A stretch of DNA of 64,000 nt, from NCBI RefSeq assembly GCF_036321535.1, contig NC_087436.1, forward strand, positions 80,292,001 to 80,356,000, in the 5' to 3' direction. Positions 63,301 to 64,000 of the stretch are shown piece after piece. Position numbers and translations under genes: made by a program. How positions within the stretch are numbered: position 1 is the stretch's first letter; each line of letters begins with the position of its first letter. The notes under the pieces were generated by a model. It was not told the origin of the DNA, ran no database searches, and saw nothing but the letters and a program-made list of their open reading frames with translations. This stretch comes from Camelus dromedarius (lineage: Eukaryota).

Positions 63301-64000
63301 ATTATTTTCACTTTTAAAGGAGAAAATGAAATTTGTTAGTTTCTCTTTAGCTCTTAATAGTTACTGTTTTAGCTCTGAGGAGTTTCTCAGTAAATTAATT
63401 TTTACCCAGTTGGTATAATTTTGGAAAATGAATACAATATGGATGACTTTCCATTTCTCATTAAACAAAAAAGTATAGAGTGTACGGGGATGAAAGTCCA
63501 GTCCTTTAAAAGCATGTCACTTTATTCGGTAATTATGATGCTGTTCTTCATGGTGCTCCTACTTTAATAAACACCCCTTCAGATCTTGCTCTCTTTTATT
63601 TATAATTCTAGAAGGCCAGAGAATGAAATATAATCTGAAATGATAATGGTAATTTTCAGAGAATCATTTTTGGGGCAGGAGGACCTACGTTTTCCAAAGA
63701 AATTTCCCATTTTAATTCAGGTTTTTGTTAAGTCCAAGTATCTCAGTCCATTACTTTTTTTTTTTTTTTGAATTATAAATGGTGTATGTAAAATAGGTTC
63801 TTGGAGATATTGAATGTAACTGTTGAATATAGTTATCTTAATTCTTAGAAATAGATATTGAAAAGTATTTCTGTCATTTCTGGGGCAAAAGAAGTTATTC
63901 ATTCTAAGATAGTCATTCCATTTGAAATTCTAATCAGTTTAGAAGAATCATGATTATAGAGAGATTAATAATAACTGCTAACAGCTAAAATTTGGGGAAT

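Noticed and set aside
1..64000. CRISPR arrays, operons, defence systems or another novel multi-gene system
   Set aside because: The sequence is a mammalian intron-rich locus with one spliced gene. I saw no regularly spaced repeat-spacer array and no unexplained long ORFs.

Overview
This window is eukaryotic, mammalian genomic DNA, most likely from a camelid, judged by two Vic-1-type tRNA-derived SINEs. It holds the CpG-island promoter and the first five coding exons of CDS1 (CDP-diacylglycerol synthase 1 / phosphatidate cytidylyltransferase 1) on the + strand: 30545-30661, 48210-48337, 53638-53734, 59815-59912 and 62197-62336. These join into 580 nt in one frame with GT-AG introns, and the gene continues past the right edge. 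The rest is intergenic or intronic sequence packed with interspersed repeats: a decayed ERV with env remnants at the left edge, solo LTRs, several L1s (one near full length, one internally deleted), L2, MIR and DNA-transposon MITEs. Almost all ORF-track entries are spurious or L1/ERV debris. I do not see a novel biological system. The most unusual observations are small-scale genome-evolution events: a two-segment locally templated insertion inside an L1, a pair of ~180-bp elements 52 kb apart that share the same 5' boundary, a probable retrocopied mRNA 3' UTR in intron 4, and a collapsed ERV env. Repeat family names are from recognition by eye, not from a database search, and their boundaries are approximate.
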